A stretch of DNA of 64,000 nucleotides, taken from the NCBI GenBank assembly GCA_964430735.1, contig CAYSFB010000001.1:124082-188081 (forward strand). Direction: 5' to 3'. Origin of the DNA: an uncultured Planctomycetia bacterium. Lineage in GTDB: Bacteria > Omnitrophota > Gorgyraeia > 2-02-FULL-51-18 > JAGOUK01. The notes under the pieces were generated by a model. That model was not told the origin of the DNA. It saw nothing but the letters and a program-made list of their open reading frames with translations, and ran no database searches. How positions within the stretch are numbered: the stretch's first letter is position 1; each line of letters starts with the position of its first letter. The position numbers and the translations under genes were made by a program. Shown one piece after another: positions 1-9,647 of the stretch.

Positions 1-64
1 TGTGGATCTTATCCCCTTCGTTATATACGGGGATCAGGATCTGAAGCTCGGGGACGGTGGCCAT
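1..64 (-). CDS. GT2 glycosyltransferase (5' partial; only the first 21 codons lie in the window)
   Basis: ATG at 64-62 on the minus strand translates to MATVPELQILIPVYNEGDKIH. The ILIPVYNE motif is the classic GT2 N-terminus. The ORF runs off the window start. Confidence 0.5.
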   Translation of the reverse strand, partial: MATVPELQILIPVYNEGDKIH

Positions 65-90
65 GCTGCGGGCGTTGGATGCGCAGCCGG

Positions 91-1389
91 TTACCGGACG
101 ATGCGCGGTTCGGGCAGCGGGATGATGAACCCGCCCTTATAACCTTTTTCCCGAAGCTTGGGGATGAGCTCATCCGCAATATGCCACGAGAACAGCAGCG
201 CGTAATCAGGCGGATCGCTAAAAAGCTTCGCTTCGTCTTCAACCGGGATCAGCGTGCCCGGCATGTACTTGCCGGTCTTGTAGGAACCCGCGATCTCAAG
301 CACCGAAGCGATGATACCGTCGTCGAGGCCCGTGTAATGCACGAGCGTGCTCGCGCGCGACGGAGCGCCGATCCCGTAGATCCGGCCGCCCTTTTCGATG
401 ACCGGCGACAGGAGCGCCAGAAGCTTGAGCTTCGACTCGATTACGCGGCGCTTAAAGTCCGCCAGCGCACGATCCTTGATTCCCATGGCCGATTCAGCCG
501 CCAAGAGCGTCCGCACCGAATCACGGACCGGGAACGTGCCTTTGCGGGCCGCGTAAACGCGGACTGAGCCGCCGTGCGTCGGAATTTCTTTGGCGTGGAT
601 GATCTCGAGACCCTGAGATTCGAGGAGGTGCTGAAGACTGGTGAGCGAGTAGTAGCGCAAGTGCTCGTGATAGATCGTGTCGTATTGAAGCGTGCGGATG
701 AGCGCCGGCAGATAATGCGATTCGGAAATGAAGATCCCCTTCGGATCCAGCAGACCGACAATGTTTCGCACCACTTCGCCGACATGTTCGATATGGGCGA
801 ATACATTGGTCGCGGTGATGATGCGCGCTTTGCCGTGCTCGCGTTCGCACTGCGCGGCCGATGCCGCGTTAAAAAAGCTCATGATGGACGTGATGCCGCG
901 CTCTTGGGCCAGCTTAGCCATGAGCGTCGGCTCGATCCCGCAAACGCGGTTGCCGGCGTTCTTGAAGTTCGAGAGCAGCGTGCCGTCGTTGGACCCGATG
1001 TCGACGACCAGGTCCTTGGATTCGATGGGATAAAGCGCCGCCACTTCGCGCTGCATTTCGGCGAAGTTTTCGCGCAAGATACGGGTCGTGCCGCTGGTGT
1101 ACGGATACTCCGGCGGGAACAGGATCGCGGGATCGACGACGAGGCCCAACTGGACCAGCGCGCAGGTCTTGCACTGCAACAGTTCCGCCGGATAAGAGAC
1201 TTCTTCCTGCGGACGCGAACCGATCGGGCGCATGTGATTGACGGGCGGCAGGCCGCCCAAAAAAAGGATGGATTCGAGGTTGTTTCCGCCGCAGACCTGA
1301 CAGCGGTCAACGGGAATGCTCGTGCCGGTGCCGGCGGTGCGGCGCATCGTCGTTTCAGAATGCCGGGGATCGAGCGTCGAGGGGGTCAT
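91..1389 (-). CDS. NDP-hexose C-methyltransferase (TylC3-like, class I SAM methyltransferase with N-terminal Zn-ribbon)
   Basis: 432 aa. The N-terminus has a CxxC...CxxC zinc-binding motif (CQVCGG...CKTCAL). A SAM-MTase core follows (VVDIGSNDG) and then a C-methyltransferase C-terminal domain. The start overlaps the upstream stop as ATGA. Confidence 0.8.
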   Translation of the reverse strand: MTPSTLDPRHSETTMRRTAGTGTSIPVDRCQVCGGNNLESILFLGGLPPVNHMRPIGSRPQEEVSYPAELLQCKTCALVQLGLVVDPAILFPPEYPYTSGTTRILRENFAEMQREVAALYPIESKDLVVDIGSNDGTLLSNFKNAGNRVCGIEPTLMAKLAQERGITSIMSFFNAASAAQCEREHGKARIITATNVFAHIEHVGEVVRNIVGLLDPKGIFISESHYLPALIRTLQYDTIYHEHLRYYSLTSLQHLLESQGLEIIHAKEIPTHGGSVRVYAARKGTFPVRDSVRTLLAAESAMGIKDRALADFKRRVIESKLKLLALLSPVIEKGGRIYGIGAPSRASTLVHYTGLDDGIIASVLEIAGSYKTGKYMPGTLIPVEDEAKLFSDPPDYALLFSWHIADELIPKLREKGYKGGFIIPLPEPRIVR

Positions 1390-2357
1390 GCGTTCTCCTT
1401 AGCGTATGTGGCGTACCAGCGGGCCAGGACAGGAAGTCCGGCAGCCAGCGGGATGCGCGGATCAAAACCCAGAGCGGACATTTTACGGATATCCGGACAA
1501 CGGCGCAACGTTCCGCCTTTGGCGCCGGGCTGAGGAAGCAGACGGATTTTACGGCCAAAAAAATCACCCACCAGCCGCGCAGCGTCGGCGATCCTGACCT
1601 CTTCGCGTGTACCGATGTGATAGATTCCCAAGTGCTCGCCTTTATCCAGCAGAATAGCCAGGCCGTCCGCAAAATCACGGATGTCGATGAATGCCCGGGT
1701 CTCTTCGCCTGTCCCCTGGATCGGAAACTCGATCTCGCCCGCGCCGCGCTCTGCGAGCGCCTTCATCCGCAGGACAAATTGCGGGAGCACATGCTCGTTG
1801 CCCATGTCCGGACCGTACACATTGTGCGGACGAAAGATCAGGACGCGCTTCATAAAACGACCCGCCTGATGCAGGGCCATCATCTCGCTGATCATCTTGC
1901 CGGCGCCGTAGGAATACCGCGGGTTGAGCGGATCAGGAATCACAAGCGGAACCGCTTCCGACGTCGGAACTTCCGGAGGGGTCTGATAGACCTCGGAGCT
2001 GGAAGCGAGCACAAGCTCCGGCGTCCCGTGCCGGCGCGCGGCGTCGATCACGTTTACCATCCCCTTCACACCGACTTCGAGAACCAGATCCGGCTTGGTG
2101 TAAAAAAATTCAGTTCCATTCACGAACGCCAAATGCAGAATGCTGTCCACGCCTTTGACGGCAGCCGCCACATCCTCGGTCTGACGCACGTCGCCGCGCA
2201 CGAACTCGACCCGGTCCTGCACGTCTTCCAATCGTCTCGGCCGGCCCCGGGACAGATCGTCGAGCACGCGGACCGAGTGGCCGTCTTTGAGCAGCCGCTT
2301 CACAACGGCCGAGCCGATGAAGCCGGACCCGCCGGTCACCAGATATTTTTTAGCCAC
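1386..2357 (-). CDS. NAD-dependent sugar epimerase/dehydratase (SDR family)
   Basis: 323 aa. Rossmann motif VTGGSGFIGS and a YxxxK catalytic motif (YSYGAGK). Confidence 0.8.
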   Translation of the reverse strand: MAKKYLVTGGSGFIGSAVVKRLLKDGHSVRVLDDLSRGRPRRLEDVQDRVEFVRGDVRQTEDVAAAVKGVDSILHLAFVNGTEFFYTKPDLVLEVGVKGMVNVIDAARRHGTPELVLASSSEVYQTPPEVPTSEAVPLVIPDPLNPRYSYGAGKMISEMMALHQAGRFMKRVLIFRPHNVYGPDMGNEHVLPQFVLRMKALAERGAGEIEFPIQGTGEETRAFIDIRDFADGLAILLDKGEHLGIYHIGTREEVRIADAARLVGDFFGRKIRLLPQPGAKGGTLRRCPDIRKMSALGFDPRIPLAAGLPVLARWYATYAKENA

Positions 2358-3384
2358 AAAGCACCCACTTTTTCATTTTGTCCGCTTGCCGTGCTGCCTC
2401 GATCAAGCGTTGCGCACGGGCGCCTTCGGGGAACCCCGGGCGACACTGACCGCGGCCGCGGATGGCGGCGGCCCAACGGCCCATCACTTCCGCCGCAGGC
2501 GCAATCCGCCCGTCTTCGTTCCGGACTGGTCCTTTCAGGACGATTTTTTCGATCTTGCCGCTGGAAAGATGGCGCGTGAGCGTAAAGGCTGACGCATAAT
2601 CGGACCCGCGGTTCTCAAGTACGATCCGTCCGCCGCTGCCGATTAATGCGACCTGATGAATCGCCTCCCCGGGAGAATGCGTCGTGACGACGGCCGAGGC
2701 AGCGACACCCGTCTTGGATTCCGCCCAGATCGCCGCGCCCGTTTCGCCCTTGATGCGCTTCAAGCCCTGCGCCCGGGTTAACCGGCAGGCGAGTTTGCGA
2801 AGGGACCCGGCCCAGAATTCCATATAGTTGAAGCTGTGCGAAACAAAGTTGTTCAACACGCCGCCGCCTGACTTCGGATCCGTCTTCCACGAATGAATGT
2901 CATGCTTCACGGCGTAGGTCTCGACATTCCAGACGATCTGCAATTCGCGAAGCACGCCGATCCCTCCCTGATCCAAGAGAAGCTTAGCCGCCTTCCATGC
3001 CGCGATTTCCGGAAATTCAAAGTCCACGGCTGTGACAATGCGCCGCTTGGACGCGAGCGCTGCGAGCGCGTCGGCTTCCCGGGCGGATGGGGCGAGCGGT
3101 TTTTCGCAAAAAATGGGCTTGCCGAGCCGGAGCGCCAGCTGCGCAGCAAGCGCCTGTTCGCGTGGTGGAAGCGCCGTCACTACCGCGTCAATCTGCGGTG
3201 ATTCGATGAGCGCCTTCCAACCGGTGAACGCATTCGGGATACTGAGCCGCAGGGCGGCGGCGCGGGCTTTGTCGGAATGAGCGGATGCGATGGCCGCGAT
3301 GCGGACGCCCGGAATGCGGCGCAGCGCCGGAACCAGCACCCGCTCGCCAAAACCCAGACCGGCCAATCCGACGGCGAGCGTCAA
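2350..3384 (-). CDS. Gfo/Idh/MocA family oxidoreductase (WbpB-like sugar 3-dehydrogenase candidate)
   Basis: 344 aa. N-terminal NAD-binding fold (VGLAGLGFGERV) and the EKP motif (FCEKPLA) of the Gfo/Idh/MocA family. It lies directly downstream of a WbpA-like dehydrogenase. Confidence 0.75.
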   Translation of the reverse strand: MTLAVGLAGLGFGERVLVPALRRIPGVRIAAIASAHSDKARAAALRLSIPNAFTGWKALIESPQIDAVVTALPPREQALAAQLALRLGKPIFCEKPLAPSAREADALAALASKRRIVTAVDFEFPEIAAWKAAKLLLDQGGIGVLRELQIVWNVETYAVKHDIHSWKTDPKSGGGVLNNFVSHSFNYMEFWAGSLRKLACRLTRAQGLKRIKGETGAAIWAESKTGVAASAVVTTHSPGEAIHQVALIGSGGRIVLENRGSDYASAFTLTRHLSSGKIEKIVLKGPVRNEDGRIAPAAEVMGRWAAAIRGRGQCRPGFPEGARAQRLIEAARQADKMKKWVLCG

Positions 3385-4625
3385 ATACGGACTCCCCGTC
3401 CAAAGAAGTTCCAGATATCGACGACGGGTTTTTTGGGTCCGGTGTGGAGGTTTTTATAAGCGGCGTGCGGCACGCACAGGATCAGCAGGTCGCTGCGGCG
3501 GATAACTTCCTTGATGGGGAGAAGCTGGCGGTCGGTTGTTACATGCGGATCCGTTGTGAGCACGGCTTTGGCGTGGAACTCGAGGACTTTTTTGAGCTTG
3601 TAGCTCAACGACGCACGCACATCATCGCTATTGGACTTGAAGGCCATGCCAAGCAATCCGACGGTCAGATCCTTGAGCTTGAATTTTTTCTCGATCTGAC
3701 CGACGAGATAAAGAACGAGCCCTTCGTTGATCGTCATCGCAGAATGCCCCAGACTGAATTGGTTGTCCGAAAACGCAGCGAGCTGCATCGTGTCTTTCAG
3801 GAGGCAGGGGCCGGCCGCCAAACCCGCGCCCGGCAGATCGCGCAGGCGCCCGTAATTCTGCTTCATCCCCTTGAGCACGCGGTCGTAATCCACGCCGGCG
3901 GAATTCGCGATCATGAAGAATTGATTGCTCGCCGCGAACTGGATGTACCGGTACGCGTTGGAAAAAAGCTTCGCAAATTCAGCCTCCAGCGGCGCCAGTT
4001 CCACGGTCTCGGGAGCGATGCGGCCGAAGAGCTTCGAAGCCGCCAGCCGGGCCTGAGGCGTCATGCCGCTCACGATCTGCGGAAGCCGCTGGACTTCGTC
4101 GATGGCATGGCCTTGCACGACCCGCTCCGGACAAAAGGCGACCTGCACCTTCTTGCCGTTTTTCTTGAGGTAATGATCCAGCCACTCCGTCGTGCCGGGA
4201 TAGACCGTAGAGCGCAGGACGATGAGCTGACCGTTGCGCAAATACGGCAGAAGCCGGTCGATGCAGATTTTCATAACTTTGGTGTCGGGATTCAAGAACT
4301 CGTCGACCGGTGTCCCGATGGTGATCACGACAACCGAAGCGGATGCGATGAGGGACGGGTCTGAGGTCAGCTCCAAGCGGCCGGACGCAAGCGCAGAGCG
4401 CAGATATTGTTCAGCGCCCTCTTCCATGAACGGAACTTCCCCGCTTCGGATCGTATCGAGGGTTTTTTCGTTGATGTCGTAGACGAGGACGCGCTGACCC
4501 TTGGATGCAAAAACGAGTGCCAGCGGCAGACCGACATGGCCGGCGCCTCCGACAATGCAGATGTCCGTCCGGGTGGACCCGGAAACACGCGGCTTGGGCT
4601 GGGGTTTGGAATGAGAGCGGGTCAT
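3381..4625 (-). CDS. Nucleotide-sugar 6-dehydrogenase (UDP-GlcNAc/UDP-glucose dehydrogenase family, WbpA/TviB-like)
   Basis: 414 aa. N-terminal GxGxxG motif (IVGGAGHVGL) and a conserved catalytic Cys region (GPCLLKD). ATGA overlap with the next gene. Confidence 0.8.
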   Translation of the reverse strand: MTRSHSKPQPKPRVSGSTRTDICIVGGAGHVGLPLALVFASKGQRVLVYDINEKTLDTIRSGEVPFMEEGAEQYLRSALASGRLELTSDPSLIASASVVVITIGTPVDEFLNPDTKVMKICIDRLLPYLRNGQLIVLRSTVYPGTTEWLDHYLKKNGKKVQVAFCPERVVQGHAIDEVQRLPQIVSGMTPQARLAASKLFGRIAPETVELAPLEAEFAKLFSNAYRYIQFAASNQFFMIANSAGVDYDRVLKGMKQNYGRLRDLPGAGLAAGPCLLKDTMQLAAFSDNQFSLGHSAMTINEGLVLYLVGQIEKKFKLKDLTVGLLGMAFKSNSDDVRASLSYKLKKVLEFHAKAVLTTDPHVTTDRQLLPIKEVIRRSDLLILCVPHAAYKNLHTGPKKPVVDIWNFFGRGVRI

Positions 4626-4645
4626 GATTTAAAGGCGGTATTTTA

Positions 4646-5194
4646 TCAGCTCTTGGGGCGATGCACCATGCCAAAACCCGTCAGCGCGAGCGCCGCCACG
4701 TTGAGCGCATGATCGAATCGCCCGGGCCGAATGAGACGGCGTAGCTGATCGGCGTTCGCCAATACGCATTCGATGCCGGCCTCAGGCCCGGCCCCCGGAA
4801 CGGGCCGGCAGTCCAACGCTTCATAAACCCAAAGCCGGTTCATCATGCGGCCGGTGTCCGGAATCAAGACACCGACCTTCCTCAGACTGGAACAGCGGTA
4901 ACCGGTTTCTTCGAAGAGTTCTTTGCGAGCCGTGGCTGCGGGAGAATAGCCTTTATCAACCGTACCGCTGGGCAGCTCCAGCGTCACGCGGTCCGGGGCC
5001 GGGCGGAATTGACGCACCAGAATGTACCGTCCCTGGCTGTCGCGGGCAACGACCGAAACATAGTCCGGTGCTGTCAGCGCATAGTAAGGGTGTTTTTCGC
5101 CTTGAACCTTGCGGGCCTTGAGCTCAAACCAAGGGGTCCGGAACGCGGTCTGCGTCCGGGTGATGCGTTTGCGAATCAAGCCTTCCGCCCCCAA
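4646..5194 (-). CDS. NUDIX hydrolase (nucleotide-sugar/ADP-ribose pyrophosphatase type)
   Basis: 182 aa. Nudix box RKELFEETGY is present. Confidence 0.75.
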   Translation of the reverse strand: MGAEGLIRKRITRTQTAFRTPWFELKARKVQGEKHPYYALTAPDYVSVVARDSQGRYILVRQFRPAPDRVTLELPSGTVDKGYSPAATARKELFEETGYRCSSLRKVGVLIPDTGRMMNRLWVYEALDCRPVPGAGPEAGIECVLANADQLRRLIRPGRFDHALNVAALALTGFGMVHRPKS

Positions 5195-5919
5195 TACAAC
5201 CTCACCAGCGCAAAATACCCCCGTATCGTCCTGAAGTTGTTGTTCTTGCTGGGGGTCGGCTTCTGGTCATAGCGCAGAACAAAAGGCACCTCGGTGATCC
5301 GGGCGCCGAGCATCCGCAGCCGGACCAGGACTTCCGGCGCCGCGACGAAGCCCAAATGAGGCAGCTGGATCACGTTTCCAGCGAACCGTTCGTGCGCCTT
5401 CTTGAGGATGGACGCGCGGTACACGCGGTAATTGCAGCTGTACTCCCGCAGGCCCTTCACCGGAAAAAAAAGCTTCAAAAAAATGCCTGCGCCCATGCTC
5501 ATCAGCGTCTTGAACGCCGAAAGCCCTTCCTGGCCGCCGCCTTCCTGGAACCGGGACAACGCCACGACGTCATACCCCTCTTTGAGCTTCTCGATCGCCG
5601 CCAGCGCGAAGCGCGGTTCATGCGTGTCGTCGCAGTCCATCGACATCACCACGTCGTCGTCGGCCGCTGTCTTCGCCAAATAGGCCAGGCCGTTGATCAT
5701 CGTGCGGCCGAGTCCCGAATTGACCTCGTGGCCGCGCACATCGACTGGATAGCGGTGCGCGAGTTCCTGCGCAATCTGCTTCGTGCGGTCGGAGCTGCCG
5801 TCATCAAACACCAAAACCCGGTAATCCAGGCCGGCGGCTTTAAAAACGGCGTCGATCTTGCCGATCAGGATTGGAAGCGCGATCTCTTCGTTGTAAGCGG
5901 GTAAAAAAACTCGGATCAT
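5176..5919 (-). CDS. GT2 glycosyltransferase, polyprenyl-phosphate sugar synthase-like (DPM1/ArnC type)
   Basis: 247 aa, start taken at [13 protein letters not shown] strong RBS (AAGGAGG) lies upstream of this ATG. A DxD-type motif is present (MDCDDTHE). Confidence 0.8.
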   Translation of the reverse strand: MIRVFLPAYNEEIALPILIGKIDAVFKAAGLDYRVLVFDDGSSDRTKQIAQELAHRYPVDVRGHEVNSGLGRTMINGLAYLAKTAADDDVVMSMDCDDTHEPRFALAAIEKLKEGYDVVALSRFQEGGGQEGLSAFKTLMSMGAGIFLKLFFPVKGLREYSCNYRVYRASILKKAHERFAGNVIQLPHLGFVAAPEVLVRLRMLGARITEVPFVLRYDQKPTPSKNNNFRTIRGYFALVRLYWGRKA

Positions 5920-6461
5920 CGGCGAACCTCCTTGGACCACATAACGGTTTTTTCCTCTATATTACTTTGCGTCCGTCCGGCCTCTGCCAAGAGAACTGCC
6001 ATCCATGTTTCAAGATTGAGCCCGCGCAGACGATCCGCAACCGCAACAAGCACCGCAGCCGGAACCAAGAGGCACAACGGCTGCGATTCAGCTCTTAGCC
6101 CCAACATCCTCCGAACTACTCGGCGTACACGCAAAAGAACGGATCCGGCAAACGACAGACCGCGCGCCAAGCCGCGGTCGTCCGAACCGATGCCGGCCCG
6201 CCAACTCCCGGCCTCCAAAGCTTCCGTCAGCCGCACAAGCTCCTTGGGTGGAACGGAACCCGCCGCGTCCCACAACACGATCCGCGCACCTTCCGTCCGG
6301 ACCGCCCACTCCAAAACGGACTGCGCATCCCAGACCGGACCGGCTTCCGAAGACCAAACCCTCAGATCCTGACCGCAAGTGCTGCGGTAACGTTCGAAAC
6401 GTTCTCTGCAACCGGCGGCCGCTCCGGAGCATTGCGAGTCAAATATGACGACTCCGGTCAT
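5916..6461 (-). CDS. Hypothetical protein (possible GT-A/DUF2064-like transferase partner of the adjacent GT2)
   Basis: 181 aa, starting at [10 protein letters not shown]. Its ATG overlaps the upstream gene's stop as ATGA, and its own stop overlaps the GT2 start. I recognise no clear motif. Confidence 0.45.
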   Translation of the reverse strand: MTGVVIFDSQCSGAAAGCRERFERYRSTCGQDLRVWSSEAGPVWDAQSVLEWAVRTEGARIVLWDAAGSVPPKELVRLTEALEAGSWRAGIGSDDRGLARGLSFAGSVLLRVRRVVRRMLGLRAESQPLCLLVPAAVLVAVADRLRGLNLETWMAVLLAEAGRTQSNIEEKTVMWSKEVRR

Positions 6462-7462
6462 CTGCCTCCAGGCGCCCGGAAGTACGCGATGGTTTTTCGT
6501 AAACCTTCTTCCAGTCCGACCTTCGGCCGCCACTGGAGCAACCGATTGGCCAGCGTGATGTCCGGACAGCGCCGCTTGGGGTCGTCGACCGGCAAAGGCT
6601 TATAGACCAGCTTGGAACGGGACCCCGTCAGCCGGATCAAGATCTTGGCGAGATCGACCATGTCGTATTCGGAAGGGTTGCCGAGGTTGACGGGGCCGGT
6701 CGTGTCCGCGCGGTGCAGACGGAAAAATCCCTCGACCAGGTCGTCCACATAGCAAAAACTGCGGGTCTGCGTCCCCTTGCCGTACACCGTGAGCGGCTGG
6801 CCCTTGAGCGCCTGGTCGATGAAGTTCGGGATCACCCGCCCGTCCCGGGCGCGCATCCGCGGACCGTACGTATTAAAGATCCGACCGATCTTGACGTCGA
6901 CCCCGTGCTCACGATGGTAAGCGAGCGTGATCGCCTCGGAAAAACGCTTCGCCTCGTCATAAACGCCGCGCGGACCGATCGGGTTGACGTTGCCCCAATA
7001 CGTTTCCGGCTGAGGATGAACGGCGGGATCGCCGTACACTTCCGAAGTCGACGCCATTACAAACACCGAACGCTTGGCCTTCGCCAGACCCAGCGCGTTG
7101 TGCGTCCCGAGGGATCCGACCTTGAGCGTCTTGATCGGATGTTTGAGGTAATCCGGCGGGCTGGCCGGCGAAGCAAAATGAAAAACCGCCTGAACGTCTC
7201 CGGCGACGCGAAACGGTTTGGAGACGTCATGCTTCATCAGAGAAAAACGGGAATTTTTTGCATAAGGCTTGATATTCGCGGGGTTGCCGGTCAAGAAGTT
7301 GTCGACGCAAACCACGCGCCGGCCTTCGGCCAGGAAGCGCTCGCACAGGTGCGAGCCGATGAAGCCGGCGCCGCCGGTGATTACAACCGTTCGGGCTTGT
7401 TGGCTTCGAACCACTGAAGGGTCTCCTTGAGGCCTTGATCGAGCTTCGTTTTGGGGCGCCAT
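6458..7462 (-). CDS. UDP-glucuronate decarboxylase (UDP-xylose synthase, SDR family)
   Basis: Rossmann motif [13 protein letters not shown], the DNFLTG motif, and TSEVYGDP...YDEAKR. Very similar to UXS/ArnA-decarboxylase type enzymes. The start is uncertain; the ORF overlaps the upstream epimerase gene. Confidence 0.8.
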   Translation of the reverse strand: MAPQNEARSRPQGDPSVVRSQQARTVVITGGAGFIGSHLCERFLAEGRRVVCVDNFLTGNPANIKPYAKNSRFSLMKHDVSKPFRVAGDVQAVFHFASPASPPDYLKHPIKTLKVGSLGTHNALGLAKAKRSVFVMASTSEVYGDPAVHPQPETYWGNVNPIGPRGVYDEAKRFSEAITLAYHREHGVDVKIGRIFNTYGPRMRARDGRVIPNFIDQALKGQPLTVYGKGTQTRSFCYVDDLVEGFFRLHRADTTGPVNLGNPSEYDMVDLAKILIRLTGSRSKLVYKPLPVDDPKRRCPDITLANRLLQWRPKVGLEEGLRKTIAYFRAPGGR

Positions 7463-8334
7463 CCCAGATCCTTCCGCGCGGCCGAGATATCCGCCCACGT
7501 CCTCATCGGGTCCCCTTTGCGCCGGGGTCCAAAGATCGGGTTGGGACGGACACCCATGTGCTTCGCGATCGTATTCAGAATATCGAGGATGGACGTGTCT
7601 CCTCCGCCGGCGATGTTGAACGATTTTCCGGCCGAGCGCGGCGCCTCAAACGCCGCCAGGAGATTGGCCTCCACCACGTCCTTCACGTACGTGAAGTCAC
7701 GGGACTGCCGGCCGTTTCCGTCGATGACCGGACGCTCGCCGCGGCGCAGCTTGTCGATGAACGCGGGCACCACGAGCGAATACTGCGACTCCGGATTCTG
7801 ACGGGGTCCATAGACGTTAAAGTAGCGCAACGCCACGGTGTGCAGACCGTAAATCGCGTGATACGCGTGGCAATAATTTTCGCCGCAAAGCTTCGAGACC
7901 CCGTAAGGCGACATCGGGCGCAGCGAAGCGCTTTCTTTCTGGGGAAACGCCTGGGCTCCGCCGTAAACCGAGCTGGACGAAGCGTAGACGAAGCGTTTGA
8001 CGCCGCTTTTGACCGCGGAGTTCAAGAGATTCAAGGTTCCGGTTGTATTGGCCTCGTGGGACATCAGCGGGTTGTTCACCGACTTGGGCACCGACCGGAT
8101 CGCGGCCTGATGGATCACGACTTCGACCCCTTTCATCACGCGGTCCGTCATCTTCGCGTCGCGGATGTCGCCCCGCACGAGCCGGATCTTTCCGGCAAAT
8201 GGCTTCAGGTTGCGCTCAAGTCCGGCCGAAAAATTGTCGATCACCGTGACGGGTTTTCCCCGGCGGACAAGCTCTTCGACGATGTTCGAACCGATGCAGC
8301 CGGCGCCGCCGGTAACCAGGATTTGCTTCTTCAT
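7381..8334 (-). CDS. NAD-dependent nucleotide-sugar 4-epimerase (GalE/WbpP/UDP-GlcA epimerase family)
   Basis: 317 aa. Rossmann motif [12 protein letters not shown] and catalytic YGVSK. Confidence 0.8.
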   Translation of the reverse strand: MKKQILVTGGAGCIGSNIVEELVRRGKPVTVIDNFSAGLERNLKPFAGKIRLVRGDIRDAKMTDRVMKGVEVVIHQAAIRSVPKSVNNPLMSHEANTTGTLNLLNSAVKSGVKRFVYASSSSVYGGAQAFPQKESASLRPMSPYGVSKLCGENYCHAYHAIYGLHTVALRYFNVYGPRQNPESQYSLVVPAFIDKLRRGERPVIDGNGRQSRDFTYVKDVVEANLLAAFEAPRSAGKSFNIAGGGDTSILDILNTIAKHMGVRPNPIFGPRRKGDPMRTWADISAARKDLGWRPKTKLDQGLKETLQWFEANKPERL

Positions 8335-8342
8335 GGGGGTCC

Positions 8343-9647
8343 TTATAAACGGTGGATGTGTGCGCCGCTCAGAGAGCGGGTGGCGTTGCGCGTGTCGAGG
8401 ATGGTTTTTTTGGCGGCGGCGACTTTTTTGTAATCCACCGCTTCGTGATCGGTCAAAATTGTGATCAGGTCGAACGCGCGAAGCCGTTCGGCGGTCAACG
8501 CGACCGAGCGAAGGGCGCGGCCGGCCGCTTTGAGCTGCGGAACATGCGGATCGTGATACTCCACGCGGGCGCCCCTGGATATCAACTCCTCAATGATCGT
8601 GAGCGACGGAGATTCCCGGGTGTCGCGCACGTTCTTCTTGTAGGAAGCTCCGAGGACGAGAATGCGCGAGCCCCGGATCGCGCGCGACCGGTCGTTCAGC
8701 AGGCGCGAAATCCGGTCGATGATGACATGCGGCATACCGTCGTTGATCGTCTGGGCAAGCTCGATGAGGCGCGGCTCATATCCGTGCAGGCGGACCTTCC
8801 AGGCCAGGTACATCGAATCGATGTTGATGCAGTGGCCTCCGATGCCAGGACCGGGGTAAAACGGCATGAACCCGAAGGGCTTGGTCGACGCGGCGTCGAT
8901 CACTTCCCAAACATCGATGCCGAGCGTGTCGCAGATCATGGCCATTTCGTTGATGAGCGCGATGTTGATCGAGCGGAAGGTGTTCTCGAGAAGCTTGACC
9001 ATTTCCGCGGCGCGGGTGGACGAGACCGGAATCACGCGGTCAAAGACGGAACCGTAGAGCGCCTTGGTCAATTCGAGTGATCCTGCGTCGATGCCGCTGA
9101 CCACTTTGGGGATCTGATGAAGCTTGAAGCGCTTGTTCGCGGGGTCAACCCGCTCCGGCGAAAAGCCGAGAAAAATGTCGCGGCCGACCTTGAGCCCGGT
9201 CGCCGCTTCCAGACGCGGAGCGATCGCCTCGTCAGTCGTGCCGGGGTAAGTGGTGCTTTCGAGCACGACGAGCTGGCCGGGCTTGAGCTTGGGAGCCATC
9301 CGGCTCACCGCGTCGAGAATGAAGGAGAGGTCGGGATCCTTGGTCTTGCTCAGAGGGGTCGGAACACAGATGATGAGACAGTCCGCTTCGCGGACCAGCT
9401 CGTACCCGCCGGCCTTGAAGCGGCCGGTCTTGGTCGCAGCGGCCAATTCCGCGTCGGTGATGTCTCCGATGTAGGATTTGTTCTCTTTGATCTTGTGAAG
9501 TCGGTCGGCTGAGACTTCGATGCCGACAACCTTGAAGCCGCGTTCGACAAACGCCAGCGCCAGGGGCAGGCCGACATAGCCGAGTCCGATGATCCCGATC
9601 GTCGCTTTGCGGTTATCGATTCGCTGATGCAGCGTTGCTTTTAACAT
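8343..9647 (-). CDS. UDP-N-acetyl-D-hexosamine 6-dehydrogenase (WecC/WbpA family nucleotide-sugar dehydrogenase)
   Basis: 434 aa. N-terminal motif IGIIGLGYVGLPLA and catalytic region GPGIGGHC. Confidence 0.8.
   Translation of the reverse strand: MLKATLHQRIDNRKATIGIIGLGYVGLPLALAFVERGFKVVGIEVSADRLHKIKENKSYIGDITDAELAAATKTGRFKAGGYELVREADCLIICVPTPLSKTKDPDLSFILDAVSRMAPKLKPGQLVVLESTTYPGTTDEAIAPRLEAATGLKVGRDIFLGFSPERVDPANKRFKLHQIPKVVSGIDAGSLELTKALYGSVFDRVIPVSSTRAAEMVKLLENTFRSINIALINEMAMICDTLGIDVWEVIDAASTKPFGFMPFYPGPGIGGHCINIDSMYLAWKVRLHGYEPRLIELAQTINDGMPHVIIDRISRLLNDRSRAIRGSRILVLGASYKKNVRDTRESPSLTIIEELISRGARVEYHDPHVPQLKAAGRALRSVALTAERLRAFDLITILTDHEAVDYKKVAAAKKTILDTRNATRSLSGAHIHRL

Noticed and set aside
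574-1533. 319-aa plus-strand ORF antisense to the C-methyltransferase and SDR genes
   Set aside because: The translation is Arg/Ala/Gly-rich and low in complexity, with no motifs. It is a typical stop-codon-poor antisense frame in high-GC DNA. The opposite strand encodes well-supported proteins.
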